NCBI GenBank assembly: GCA_041640635.1 | Contig: JBEPZX010000015.1 | Span: 1-27,571 of the forward strand | Source: Aquificaceae bacterium | GTDB lineage: Bacteria; Aquificota; Aquificia; Aquificales; Aquificaceae | Direction of reading: 5' to 3' | Length of the DNA stretch: 27,571 bases | Shown here: positions 1 to 8,836 of the stretch, in pieces | Layout: each line of letters opens with the position of its first letter | Position numbering within the stretch: position 1 is the first letter of the stretch | The notes under the pieces: generated by a model | The model's database searches: none | Seen by the model: the letters and a program-made list of their open reading frames with translations, nothing else | What the model was told of the DNA's origin: nothing | Position numbers and translations under genes: made by a program

Positions 1-1
1 A

Positions 2-3000
2 GCGGTATGTCCGCACGATACGGAAACAAAAAAAGGTATTAGGAGATGGCAAGAAATAGCGAAGGATATAAGTAAAATCATAAAAGAAGAGGTTGTATTT
101 GAACCTTTCAAAGACTTCCAGGATGAACTAGAAAAGCTCAAAACACAAACTTACCATATCTACTATGCTAACCTTAATGCGGCTACGGAGCTTTTTAAAA
201 AAGGTTATAAAGTAGTAGGAACGTATAAAGAAGAAAAAGAGACGGGAATATTCTTAAAGAGAAAAGACCGAAAACTGGGAAAGTACATCAAATTAGCCTC
301 AGTGAAAGTACCTATAGTAGTCTTTCCATTTGTAATGTCTAACCTAGATATTCAAAAAGTGGATCTCTTACTTTTCAGCAGCTTCAAACAAGCTATGTGT
401 GCTCTGAAAGAAAATGTAGCCAATCTTGCCTTGGTACATTCTGAAACATACAAGCAAATGGAAAAAGAAAACTGGTTTGAAAAGTACTCTGAAGTGTCTA
501 TACCTCATATTCACTTTTTTATGGTACACCCAGATGTTGAAGAAAAACTTACAAAAACTCTTCTTTCTCTACCATATATCGAAAAAGTCAAGGATTTTGA
601 GTTCGAATATATATTAGCCTTTAACAGACTTGCTAAAGCTTTCTTGGAAACTACAGAAAGTATTCAAATCAAAAAAGCCATAGACAACTCACCTCAGGTT
701 ATGCACACTATCCACAAAAACACAATTGCATATGCTAACGATATTTTCTGTAAAACCTTAGGTTACCAAAAAGAAGAAATCCTCAATACCAACTTGATTG
801 AGTATATACAAGATCAAGAAGTCAAAGAAAGAATAACAAAAGACATACAAAGACAATTAAAAGGTGAAAATGTAGTAGCTTTTTACCCCAACGTGAAACT
901 CCTGGCAAAGGATAAAAGTGCTAGATACTTTAATATCTATTCTAACACCATCGTATACGATGGATCTTATTCTACCTACATATTAGCTGTTGATATTACA
1001 AGAGAAAAAAAACTAGAAGTTCTCAAAAACCTTCTTCATAAGATAAACAGAGCAGCTTCAGGTTCACTCTCTGAACATGAACTCTACCAGAGGGTATGCA
1101 AAGCTTTAGTGGATGATGTTGGCTTAAGAATGGCATGGGTTGGGGCACCGGGAGAAGACAAGTGGTTTAAAGTTCTTTGCTCTTACGGCTTTCTTGATGG
1201 ATACCTTGATAACATAAAGATCTACAGCACTCCAGAACTTCCAGAAGGCAGAGGTCCAACAGGCACAACCTATACTACAGGAGAAGTCATTATAATAGAC
1301 GATACTAGAACCAACCCTAGGTTTACACCTTGGAAAGAAAGAGCCATACAGAGAGGATACTTATCTGTAGCTGGAATTCCTATAAAAAGAAAAGGTAAGG
1401 TTTTGGCTGTTCTAACTATGTATGCTGATGAACCTAACTTTTTTGATGAGGAGACAAGACAGGTCTTAGAACAGCTCAGTAGTGACCTTAGCTTCTTCCT
1501 TGAATTTATAGAGCAATTAAAGAGTTACTCGATAATAAACACAGCTTTAGAAAATTCAGATACATGGGTTTTGGTAACAGACACAGATGGAAATATCCTG
1601 TATGTAAACGATGCTGTAACAAGAATAAGTGGTTATACAAAAGAAGAGTTAATAGGCAAAAACCCAAGAATCTTTAAGTCAGGTTACCAAAGCAAGAACT
1701 TTTATAAACAACTCTGGGACACTATACTGTCTGACAAAGAGTTTGAATCAGTATTCGTAAATAGATCTAAATCAGGAAAACTTTTATACTTACACCAAAG
1801 AATTATCCCTGTAATTCTTCCAGATGGTACAAAGAGATTTGTGAGTGTAGGTAGAGATATAACAAAAGAACACCACATGTCAGAGGAGATACAAAGGTTA
1901 AACTATTACGATCCCCTGACCGGGCTTTTAAACTACAGGGGTTTTCGTAGAAAACTTGAAGATGTTTTACCAAAAACAGAAAAAGCCTTCTTAATATTGC
2001 TGGATATTAACGGCATGTCTTATATAAACTATACATACGGTATGGAAAAAGGTGATATGTTAATAAAAGATATAGCTTATAAACTAAAGAACCTCGAAGA
2101 AAAGGGCGCAATTGTGGGTAAGTTTAGCGGAGATGAGTTTGGTGTATTAGTAGCCAGCGAAAATATAAAAGCCCTAAACTATGCACTAAATGAAATAGAT
2201 GATGTATTTAAAAATCCAATTCAGATAGGAGATGTGAGCGTAAGCGTAAGCTATAACGCAAGTGTGGTGACTTATCCCCAACATGGTAAGCGTTTAAATG
2301 AGCTTTATGGATATGCTGTGGCTCTCTTAAAAGAGGCAAAATCAAAAGGAGAAGGTGTGGTTCTCTTTTATGATAAAAGCTTATTAGAAAAAATAAGTTC
2401 TCTTTTTCATAGTAAAAGTTTGATAGAAAGAGCGTTGAGAGAGAATTTATTCACCTTTTATTACCAACCATACTATGACCTAAAGACTATGCAGATAGCA
2501 GGGTTGGAAGCTCTTGTGAGGATAAAGTTACCAGATGGCAGTGTACTTTTACCTGCGGTATTCATAAGAGAACTCGAGGAAGGTTCATATAAGAACCTTT
2601 TAGCCTTTGAAAAATGGGCTATAAACTACATAGCGCAAAAAGCTGCAAACTTTGGTTTACCTGTGAGCGTAAACTTATCGGCTAGAACACTTTCTAAAAA
2701 AGATTCTATATCTGAGCTTTTGAAGGTAAAAAGAGGTTTTGGCAACCACGAAGTAACATTAGTAGTAGAGATAACAGAGAGAGTTATGTTGGATATAGAT
2801 CCTTCTGAATTTGCAAATATAGTGGTACTTCTAAAAGAAAATAATGGGAAATTTAGAATAAAGGTTTCAGTGGATGATTTCGGTACGGGCTATTCGTCAC
2901 TCTCTTACATAAGAAACATGCCTGTGGATGTTGTAAAACTGGATATGAGTTTTGTTCGCCCAATAGATGTAGAAGATAAAGCAAGAAAGTTTTTAGCAGA

Positions 3001-3163
3001 CGTAATAAAACTCTTAAAGGATTTAGAGTATCAAACATTAGCAGAAGGCGTGGAAACACAAATACATGTAGAACTTCTTGAACAAATGGGATGTGATTAT
3101 GCACAAGGTTACTTCTTCTGTAAGCCTGTTCCAGAAGAAGAGATTATAGAATTGATTAAGTAA
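2..3163 (+). CDS. PAS-GAF-PAS-GGDEF-EAL c-di-GMP signalling protein, paralog 1 (5'-partial; true start lies just before the window)
   Basis: Frame is open from nt 2 (GCG GTA TGT CCG CAC GAT = AVCPHD, matching the N-terminus of the 3336 paralog) into the 302..3163 ORF. Motifs: PAS (YANDIFCKTLGY; YVNDAVTRISGY...GKNPRIFKSG), GAF (GRGPTG...WKERA...GYLS), YYDPLTGLLN, SGDEF, GLEALVR, DDFGTGYSSL, AEGVET, YAQGYFF. Confidence 0.93.
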   Translation, partial: AVCPHDTETKKGIRRWQEIAKDISKIIKEEVVFEPFKDFQDELEKLKTQTYHIYYANLNAATELFKKGYKVVGTYKEEKETGIFLKRKDRKLGKYIKLASVKVPIVVFPFVMSNLDIQKVDLLLFSSFKQAMCALKENVANLALVHSETYKQMEKENWFEKYSEVSIPHIHFFMVHPDVEEKLTKTLLSLPYIEKVKDFEFEYILAFNRLAKAFLETTESIQIKKAIDNSPQVMHTIHKNTIAYANDIFCKTLGYQKEEILNTNLIEYIQDQEVKERITKDIQRQLKGENVVAFYPNVKLLAKDKSARYFNIYSNTIVYDGSYSTYILAVDITREKKLEVLKNLLHKINRAASGSLSEHELYQRVCKALVDDVGLRMAWVGAPGEDKWFKVLCSYGFLDGYLDNIKIYSTPELPEGRGPTGTTYTTGEVIIIDDTRTNPRFTPWKERAIQRGYLSVAGIPIKRKGKVLAVLTMYADEPNFFDEETRQVLEQLSSDLSFFLEFIEQLKSYSIINTALENSDTWVLVTDTDGNILYVNDAVTRISGYTKEELIGKNPRIFKSGYQSKNFYKQLWDTILSDKEFESVFVNRSKSGKLLYLHQRIIPVILPDGTKRFVSVGRDITKEHHMSEEIQRLNYYDPLTGLLNYRGFRRKLEDVLPKTEKAFLILLDINGMSYINYTYGMEKGDMLIKDIAYKLKNLEEKGAIVGKFSGDEFGVLVASENIKALNYALNEIDDVFKNPIQIGDVSVSVSYNASVVTYPQHGKRLNELYGYAVALLKEAKSKGEGVVLFYDKSLLEKISSLFHSKSLIERALRENLFTFYYQPYYDLKTMQIAGLEALVRIKLPDGSVLLPAVFIRELEEGSYKNLLAFEKWAINYIAQKAANFGLPVSVNLSARTLSKKDSISELLKVKRGFGNHEVTLVVEITERVMLDIDPSEFANIVVLLKENNGKFRIKVSVDDFGTGYSSLSYIRNMPVDVVKLDMSFVRPIDVEDKARKFLADVIKLLKDLEYQTLAEGVETQIHVELLEQMGCDYAQGYFFCKPVPEEEIIELIK

Positions 3164-3335
3164 CATAATAGATGATTAAATAAAATCCAAGTTTTACACT
3201 AAAATTATCAAATCTTTTGGATAAAAAAATGAAATAATTACTTATAAGAGTATTCTACAATATGTAAATAAACGAATCTAAAACTTGATTAAATACTTAG
3301 CTTGATACAAATCCAACCTTATATTTTAAGCTATA

Positions 3336-6300
3336 ATGATAGACATGTTATATTTAGCGGTATGTCCGCACGATACGGAAACAAAAAAAGGTATTAGGAG
3401 ATGGCAAGAAATAGCAAAGGATATAAGTAAAATCATAAAAGAAGAAGTTGTATTTGAACCTTTCAAAGACTTCCAAGATGAAGCACAAAAATTAAAAACA
3501 CACACCTATCACATCTACTATGCCAACTTAAACACTGCCAACGAGCTTTTCAAAAGAGGTTACAAAGTAGTAGGAAAATACACAGAGACAAAAGATACAG
3601 CCATTCTCTTAAAAAGAAAAGATGAAAAACTAAGAAAACACGTAAGGTTAGCATCTGTAAAAGTGCCCATAGTAATTTTCCCTTTGGTAATATCAGGTAT
3701 TGGCATTGAAAATATAGATGTATTACTCTTCAATAGTTTCAGAGAAGCTCTAAATGCATTAAAAGAAAACCTGGCTGACCTAGCGCTGGTTCATTCTGAG
3801 TTTTACAAACATATGCCCAAAAAGAAGTGGCTCGAAGAATACTCCAGTTTATACGTGCCCCAAGTTCACTTTTTCATGGTTCATCCAGATATTGAGGAAA
3901 AACTCACAAAAGCCCTCCTCTCATTGCCATACGTCGAAAAAGTCCAAGACTTTGAATTTGAACACGTTCTTGCCTTTAACAAATTAGCCAAGGCATTCTT
4001 AGAAACTACAGAAGGTATTCAAATCAAAAAAGCTATAGACAAATCTCCATACGTTATGCACATAATACACAAAGACACTATCGTATACGCTAACGACGCT
4101 TTCTGCAAAACCTTAGGTTACGAAAAAGAAGAAATTCTTAACACTGAACTAACAGACTACATAATAGATGAAAAATTAAAGGAAAAGATAAAAAGGGATA
4201 CACAAAGACGTATGAGAGGTGAAAAATCAGAAAGTGTATATTCAGAAATTAAGCTTTTAGCAAAGGACAAAAGTGCTAGATACTTTAACATTTACTGTAG
4301 CAGTATCCTATACGATGGCTCTTTTGGTACATACATTCTTGCAATAGACATGACAAGAGAGAAAAAACTTGAAATTCTTAAAAACCTTCTTCATAAGGTA
4401 AATAATGCTGTAGCTGGATGCCTTTCTGAGAAAGAACTTTACCAAAAGGTATGCAAAGCTTTAGTGGATGATGTTGGCTTAAGAATGGCATGGGTAGGAA
4501 CTCCGGGAGAAGACAAGTGGTTTAAAGTTCTTTGCTCTTACGGCTTTCTTGATGGATACCTTGATAACATAAAGATCTACAGCACTCCAGAACTTCCAGA
4601 AGGCAGAGGTCCAACAGGCACAGCATACTCTACTGGAAAGGTAACAATAGTAGATGACATGAGAACTAACCCTAGATTTTCACCTTGGAAAGAAAAAGCC
4701 CTAAAGAGAGGATACTTATCATCGGCTGCCATTCCCTTAAAAAGGGATAAAAAGATTATATCTGTTTTAAATGTTTATGCTGATGAACCCAACTTTTTTG
4801 ATGAGGAGACAAGACAGGTCTTAGAACAGCTCAGTAGTGACCTTAGCTTCTTCCTTGAATTTATATATCAAGTAAGAAAACAAGTAATAGTGACTACAGC
4901 TTTAGAAAATTCAGATACATGGGTTTTGGTAACAGACACAGATGGAAATATCCTGTATGTAAACGATGCTGTAACAAGAATAAGTGGATACTCCAAAGAA
5001 GAACTCATAAACAAAAACCCAAGAATCTTTAAGTCAGGTTACCAAAGCAAGAACTTTTATAAACAACTCTGGGAGACTATACTGTCTGACAAAGAGTTTG
5101 AATCAGTATTCGTAAATAGATCTAAATCGGGAAAACTTTTATACTTACACCAAAGAATTATCCCTGTAACTCTTCCAGATGGTACAAAGAGATTTGTGAG
5201 CGTAGGTAGAGATATAACAAAAGAACACTACATGTCAGAGGAGATACACAGAATAAACTACCACGATCCAGCGACTGATCTTTATAACTACAGAGGCTTC
5301 TATACCAAACTTGAAGACATATTGCCTAAAACAAAAAAAGCCTTCCTAATATTGCTGGATATTAACGGCATGTCCTTCGTAAATTACACATACGGAATTA
5401 AAAAGGGAGATATGCTCTTAAAGGATATAGCTAAAAAATTGAAGAGCTTCATAAAAGATCATACAATCATAGGCAGGTTAGGTGGAGATGAATTTGGTAT
5501 ACTCATACCTACAGAAGATGTAAAAAGTCTAAGTCTAGCCCTAGATACTATTGACAGTATCTTTAAAAAACCTATACAGGTAGGAACGGAAAGCATAAGT
5601 GTAAGTTATAACGCTAGCGTAACTGTGTATCCAGAACATGGTAAAAGTTTAGATGAACTCTACGAACATGCTACGGCGCTTTTAAGAGAAGCAAAGTCCA
5701 AAGGAGAAGGTATAGTTCTCTTCTATGAAAAAGGTATATTTGAACAAATACAATCTTATATGCAAACTAAAAGTTTAATAAAGAGAGCTTTGGAAGAAAA
5801 TCTCTTTGTGTTTTATTACCAACCATACTATGACCTAAAGACTATGCAGATAGCAGGTCTAGAAGCTCTTGTGAGGATAAGACTACCAGATGGCAGTGTG
5901 CTTGCACCTGCAGTATTCATAAGAGAACTCGAGGAAGGTTCTTATGTAAACTTACTGTCTTTTGAGGAATGGGCAATAGATTACATTGCTAGGAAATCAA
6001 TAGAGTTTGGTTTACCAGTGAGTATTAACTTATCGGCAAGGACGCTTTCCAAGAAGGACTCTATCAATAAACTTTTGGATATAAAGGAGCATCTAAAGTC
6101 ATATAAGGCTACACTAGTAGTTGAGATAACGGAGAGAATTATGTTGGAGATGCCTCCTTCTGAATTTACTAAGATGGTGAAGTTTTTAAAGGAAGGTAGC
6201 CCCAATTTTAAGATAAGAGTTGCTATAGACGACTTTGGTACAGGCTATTCTTCACTATCTTATATAAGGGATATGCCAGTAGACATTGTTAAGTTGGATA

Positions 6301-6524
6301 TGAACTTTGTCCATCCTATAGAGGAAGGCTCCAAGGCTCGTGAGTTTCTAAGACATACAATATCACTTTTGAAAGCCTTAGGCTACGAGACATTGGCAGA
6401 GGGAGTAGAGACACAGACACAGCTGGAACTTCTCAAACAAATGGGATGTGATTATGCACAAGGTTACTTCCTCTGTAAACCTGTTCCAGAAGAAGAGATA
6501 AAAAGTATCCTGAAGCTAAACTAG
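3336..6524 (+). CDS. PAS-GAF-PAS-GGDEF-EAL diguanylate cyclase/phosphodiesterase, paralog 2 (alternative start ATG 3345)
   Basis: 1062-aa ORF with RLGGDEF, GLEALVR, IDDFGTGYSSLSY, AEGVET, QGYFL motifs. Collinear with paralog 1 at a 3355-nt offset. Confidence 0.95.
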   Translation: MIDMLYLAVCPHDTETKKGIRRWQEIAKDISKIIKEEVVFEPFKDFQDEAQKLKTHTYHIYYANLNTANELFKRGYKVVGKYTETKDTAILLKRKDEKLRKHVRLASVKVPIVIFPLVISGIGIENIDVLLFNSFREALNALKENLADLALVHSEFYKHMPKKKWLEEYSSLYVPQVHFFMVHPDIEEKLTKALLSLPYVEKVQDFEFEHVLAFNKLAKAFLETTEGIQIKKAIDKSPYVMHIIHKDTIVYANDAFCKTLGYEKEEILNTELTDYIIDEKLKEKIKRDTQRRMRGEKSESVYSEIKLLAKDKSARYFNIYCSSILYDGSFGTYILAIDMTREKKLEILKNLLHKVNNAVAGCLSEKELYQKVCKALVDDVGLRMAWVGTPGEDKWFKVLCSYGFLDGYLDNIKIYSTPELPEGRGPTGTAYSTGKVTIVDDMRTNPRFSPWKEKALKRGYLSSAAIPLKRDKKIISVLNVYADEPNFFDEETRQVLEQLSSDLSFFLEFIYQVRKQVIVTTALENSDTWVLVTDTDGNILYVNDAVTRISGYSKEELINKNPRIFKSGYQSKNFYKQLWETILSDKEFESVFVNRSKSGKLLYLHQRIIPVTLPDGTKRFVSVGRDITKEHYMSEEIHRINYHDPATDLYNYRGFYTKLEDILPKTKKAFLILLDINGMSFVNYTYGIKKGDMLLKDIAKKLKSFIKDHTIIGRLGGDEFGILIPTEDVKSLSLALDTIDSIFKKPIQVGTESISVSYNASVTVYPEHGKSLDELYEHATALLREAKSKGEGIVLFYEKGIFEQIQSYMQTKSLIKRALEENLFVFYYQPYYDLKTMQIAGLEALVRIRLPDGSVLAPAVFIRELEEGSYVNLLSFEEWAIDYIARKSIEFGLPVSINLSARTLSKKDSINKLLDIKEHLKSYKATLVVEITERIMLEMPPSEFTKMVKFLKEGSPNFKIRVAIDDFGTGYSSLSYIRDMPVDIVKLDMNFVHPIEEGSKAREFLRHTISLLKALGYETLAEGVETQTQLELLKQMGCDYAQGYFLCKPVPEEEIKSILKLN

Positions 6525-6645
6525 TTTTTAATTATTTCATTAATTCATTATATAAAACCAACTTATGACTGTCTAAAAAAGTTTTATACACAACAATATA
6601 TTGCAACATTAGTTTATAAAACAAAATTCAGGGAGGTAATTAGCT

Positions 6646-7638
6646 ATGAAAGGGAAAATAATCTCGGCTTTTGCAGCATTAATTGCAGCAATCTTCTTAA
6701 CATCAGGTGTATCTGTAGCTCAAATAATTATGACAGTTGAAGATGTAGAGAAAATATTAGGCAATCCCAATTGGGTCATACTAGATTGCAGACCTAAGAG
6801 TAAGTATGACGAAGGGCATATTCCAGGAGCCATAAGTCTTGGAGATACATGTAGGAAAAAACTAAGAGATGGGACGCAAAGAGTTCTACCTCCGGATAAA
6901 TTGGAAGCTATTCTCGGAAATGCAGGTATAGGAAACGATAAGCATGTAGTTATTTATTCAGACGAAGATATTGTACACGCTACGGTTGGTTTTTGGATTC
7001 TTGAATACTTAGGGCACGATAAAACGCACTTTCTCAATGGTGGCATTGTAGAATGGAAATCAAAGGGAAAACCAGTAAGCAAAGAAGAAACTAAGCTTCC
7101 CCCAACTACATTTAAAGCAAATGTTAATAGGAAACTGCTTGCATCTACCGAAGAAATTCTCCAAATAGCCACAGGTAAAAGAAAGGATGTGCAACTAATA
7201 GATGCAAGAACTAGAGAAGAGTACGAAGGTTATGATATAAGAGCATTAAGAGGTGGAAGAATACCTAACACAACAATGAATATTTCACATGATACCACCT
7301 TTGATAAAAAAACAGGTAAGCTTTTACCATTGAGTGAATTAGAGAAGATTTACGGTAAACTCGATAAAAACAAAAGAACCATAGGACTCTGTCAAACTGG
7401 TTCAAGATCAACTGTAGCATATCTAGAGATGAAGTTACTAGGATTTAAAGACATAGCCAATTATGATGATGGATGGGTCGTTTACGGAAATTCTATTAAT
7501 CCGCCTTACCCTGTTGAAGCAGAACAGTGGATGAATATTGAACCTCTTGTAAGAGATTTACCGAAACTCCAAAAAGAAATAGAAGCATTAAAGAAAGAAT
7601 TAGAAAGCCTTAAAGCATCAACTGGCACAAAGAAGTAA
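6646..7638 (+). CDS. Exported tandem-domain rhodanese/sulfurtransferase
   Basis: GGGAGG SD at 6631; signal-peptide-like N-terminus (MKGKIISAFAALIAAIFLTSGVSVA|Q); ILDCRP..YDEGHIPGA, LNGG, LIDART.EEY, GRIP, active-site loop CQTGSR, YDDGW; C-terminal coiled-coil-like tail. Confidence 0.88.
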   Translation: MKGKIISAFAALIAAIFLTSGVSVAQIIMTVEDVEKILGNPNWVILDCRPKSKYDEGHIPGAISLGDTCRKKLRDGTQRVLPPDKLEAILGNAGIGNDKHVVIYSDEDIVHATVGFWILEYLGHDKTHFLNGGIVEWKSKGKPVSKEETKLPPTTFKANVNRKLLASTEEILQIATGKRKDVQLIDARTREEYEGYDIRALRGGRIPNTTMNISHDTTFDKKTGKLLPLSELEKIYGKLDKNKRTIGLCQTGSRSTVAYLEMKLLGFKDIANYDDGWVVYGNSINPPYPVEAEQWMNIEPLVRDLPKLQKEIEALKKELESLKASTGTKK

Positions 7639-7651
7639 ACATAAAAGAAAA

Positions 7652-7671
7652 GGGGGATGTAGCACTCCCCC
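7652..7671. terminator. Intrinsic terminator-like hairpin after the rhodanese gene
   Basis: GGGGGA-TGTAGCAC-TCCCCC stem-loop 13 nt after the stop codon; weak T-tract on + (AATTTCTCT), and the upstream A-tract gives a stronger U-tract on the - strand. Confidence 0.65.
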
Positions 7672-7750
7672 AATTTCTCTATAAATAAAAAAAGCATTAA
7701 AGTATAGTTTTTCTGAAAACACACTTTTTTCATTTGCAATTTTGCAAAAA

Positions 7751-7779
7751 TTAACACAGAAAAACTTCCAAATTATAAT
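7751..7779 (+). promoter_or_regulatory. Sigma70-type promoter of the DegT-family gene
   Basis: TTAACA (7751-7756)-N17-TATAAT (7774-7779), ending 7 nt before ATG 7787. Confidence 0.6.
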
Positions 7780-7786
7780 AGGAATA

Positions 7787-8836
7787 ATGATTAAAATTAT
7801 CGAACCTAGATTTTCCGAAGAAGAGAAAAATCTAATCTTAGAAATCCTTGAAAGTAACATTGTCACAAGAGGTGAGTATACACAAAAGTTTCACGAAGCT
7901 TTTGCCAATTATTTGGGAGTAAAGCATGTATTTAGCGTTTGCTCTGGAACAGTTGCACTATTCGTAGCACTAAAAGCTTTAAATGTTGAAAATAAGAAAG
8001 TTGTAGTTCCCGCAATGAGTTTTATGGCTACCATAGATGCAGTCATTTTGGCTGGTGGTATACCTATTGTGATAGATGTGGATGAATACTATACCATGGA
8101 TGTTGAACAATTAGAAACGGCAGCTAAAAGGTACAATCCAAAAGTTGTAATCCCAGTACACTTGTACGGTCAAAGTGCACAGATGGATTCAATTATGCAA
8201 CTGTCTGAAAAGTATGGTTTTTACGTTTTGGAAGATGCCGCACAGGCACACGGAGCCATGTATAAAGATAGGAAGGTTGGTTCCATAGGACACATGGGAG
8301 CTTTTAGTTTTTACGCTTCAAAAAATGTTCCCATGGGAGAAGGTGGAGCCATAGTTACCAACGACGATAATTTAGCAAGGGAGATCAAAAAGTGGATAGA
8401 CTTTGGTGATCATCCGGCTTTTAACTTAAGAATTACCGAATTTCAAGCTGCACTAGGTTTAGTACAGCTTAAACACTTGGATGAAAGAAATTCTATAAGA
8501 AGAAACATAGCTCAAAAATACTCCCAAGAGCTCTTTAATTTATACAAAATACCTTCTGAAAGACCAAGCTCCTACCATGTTTATCATCTCTACACATTAA
8601 GACATCCCGACAGGGACAGAATTTTGGAGCTTTTGAGATCTTCAGGAGTGGATGCTAGAGTATATTACACCTATCTCTTAAATGAACTGAGAGGTGCAGA
8701 GTATATATCTACAGAGAGAGCAAGCAAGTTTAAACAAGAAGTTTTTTCTATTCCTGTGCACCCATACTTAACAAATGAACAAATTGATTATATAGTGGAA
8801 AGGCTTAAGGCTTTTGCTCTTGCCGAGGCTGTGTAA
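7787..8836 (+). CDS. DegT/DnrJ/EryC1/StrS PLP-dependent sugar aminotransferase
   Basis: SGTVAL, PAMSFMAT, IPVHLYGQ, EDAAQAHGA, FSFYASKN..MGEGGAIVTND, YHLY, SIPVHP motifs. ATG 7787 preferred over the in-frame TTG 7742. Confidence 0.92.
   Translation: MIKIIEPRFSEEEKNLILEILESNIVTRGEYTQKFHEAFANYLGVKHVFSVCSGTVALFVALKALNVENKKVVVPAMSFMATIDAVILAGGIPIVIDVDEYYTMDVEQLETAAKRYNPKVVIPVHLYGQSAQMDSIMQLSEKYGFYVLEDAAQAHGAMYKDRKVGSIGHMGAFSFYASKNVPMGEGGAIVTNDDNLAREIKKWIDFGDHPAFNLRITEFQAALGLVQLKHLDERNSIRRNIAQKYSQELFNLYKIPSERPSSYHVYHLYTLRHPDRDRILELLRSSGVDARVYYTYLLNELRGAEYISTERASKFKQEVFSIPVHPYLTNEQIDYIVERLKAFALAEAV

Larger units (their letters stand above)
1..6524 (+). repeat. Tandem gene duplication (unit length 3355 nt)
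   Basis: nt 1-127 match 3356-3482 with 3 mismatches; 1148-1267 identical to 4503-4622; most of 1541-1890 near-identical to 4896-5245. Confidence 0.95.

Noticed and set aside
302..304. GTG 302 as the start of paralog 1
   Set aside because: The frame is open from nt 2 and matches paralog 2's N-terminus, so the gene starts before the window.
3302..3315. FNR-like TTGAT-ACAA-ATCCA upstream of paralog 2
   Set aside because: One mismatch in very AT-rich DNA, and centred near -36 rather than -41.5 relative to the inferred TSS; too weak to call.
3164..3335. c-di-GMP riboswitch between the paralogs
   Set aside because: No GC-paired stems or recognisable riboswitch motif; the region is uniformly AT-rich.
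7390..7392. Selenocysteine in the rhodanese active site
   Set aside because: The codon is TGT (Cys) and the ORF has no in-frame TGA.
7742..7786. TTG 7742 start for the aminotransferase, and the longer 16322 and 18139 starts for the PRTase and ArnT-like genes
   Set aside because: The extensions cover promoter-like AT-rich sequence or overlap a divergent gene; family-like sequence begins at the downstream ATGs.
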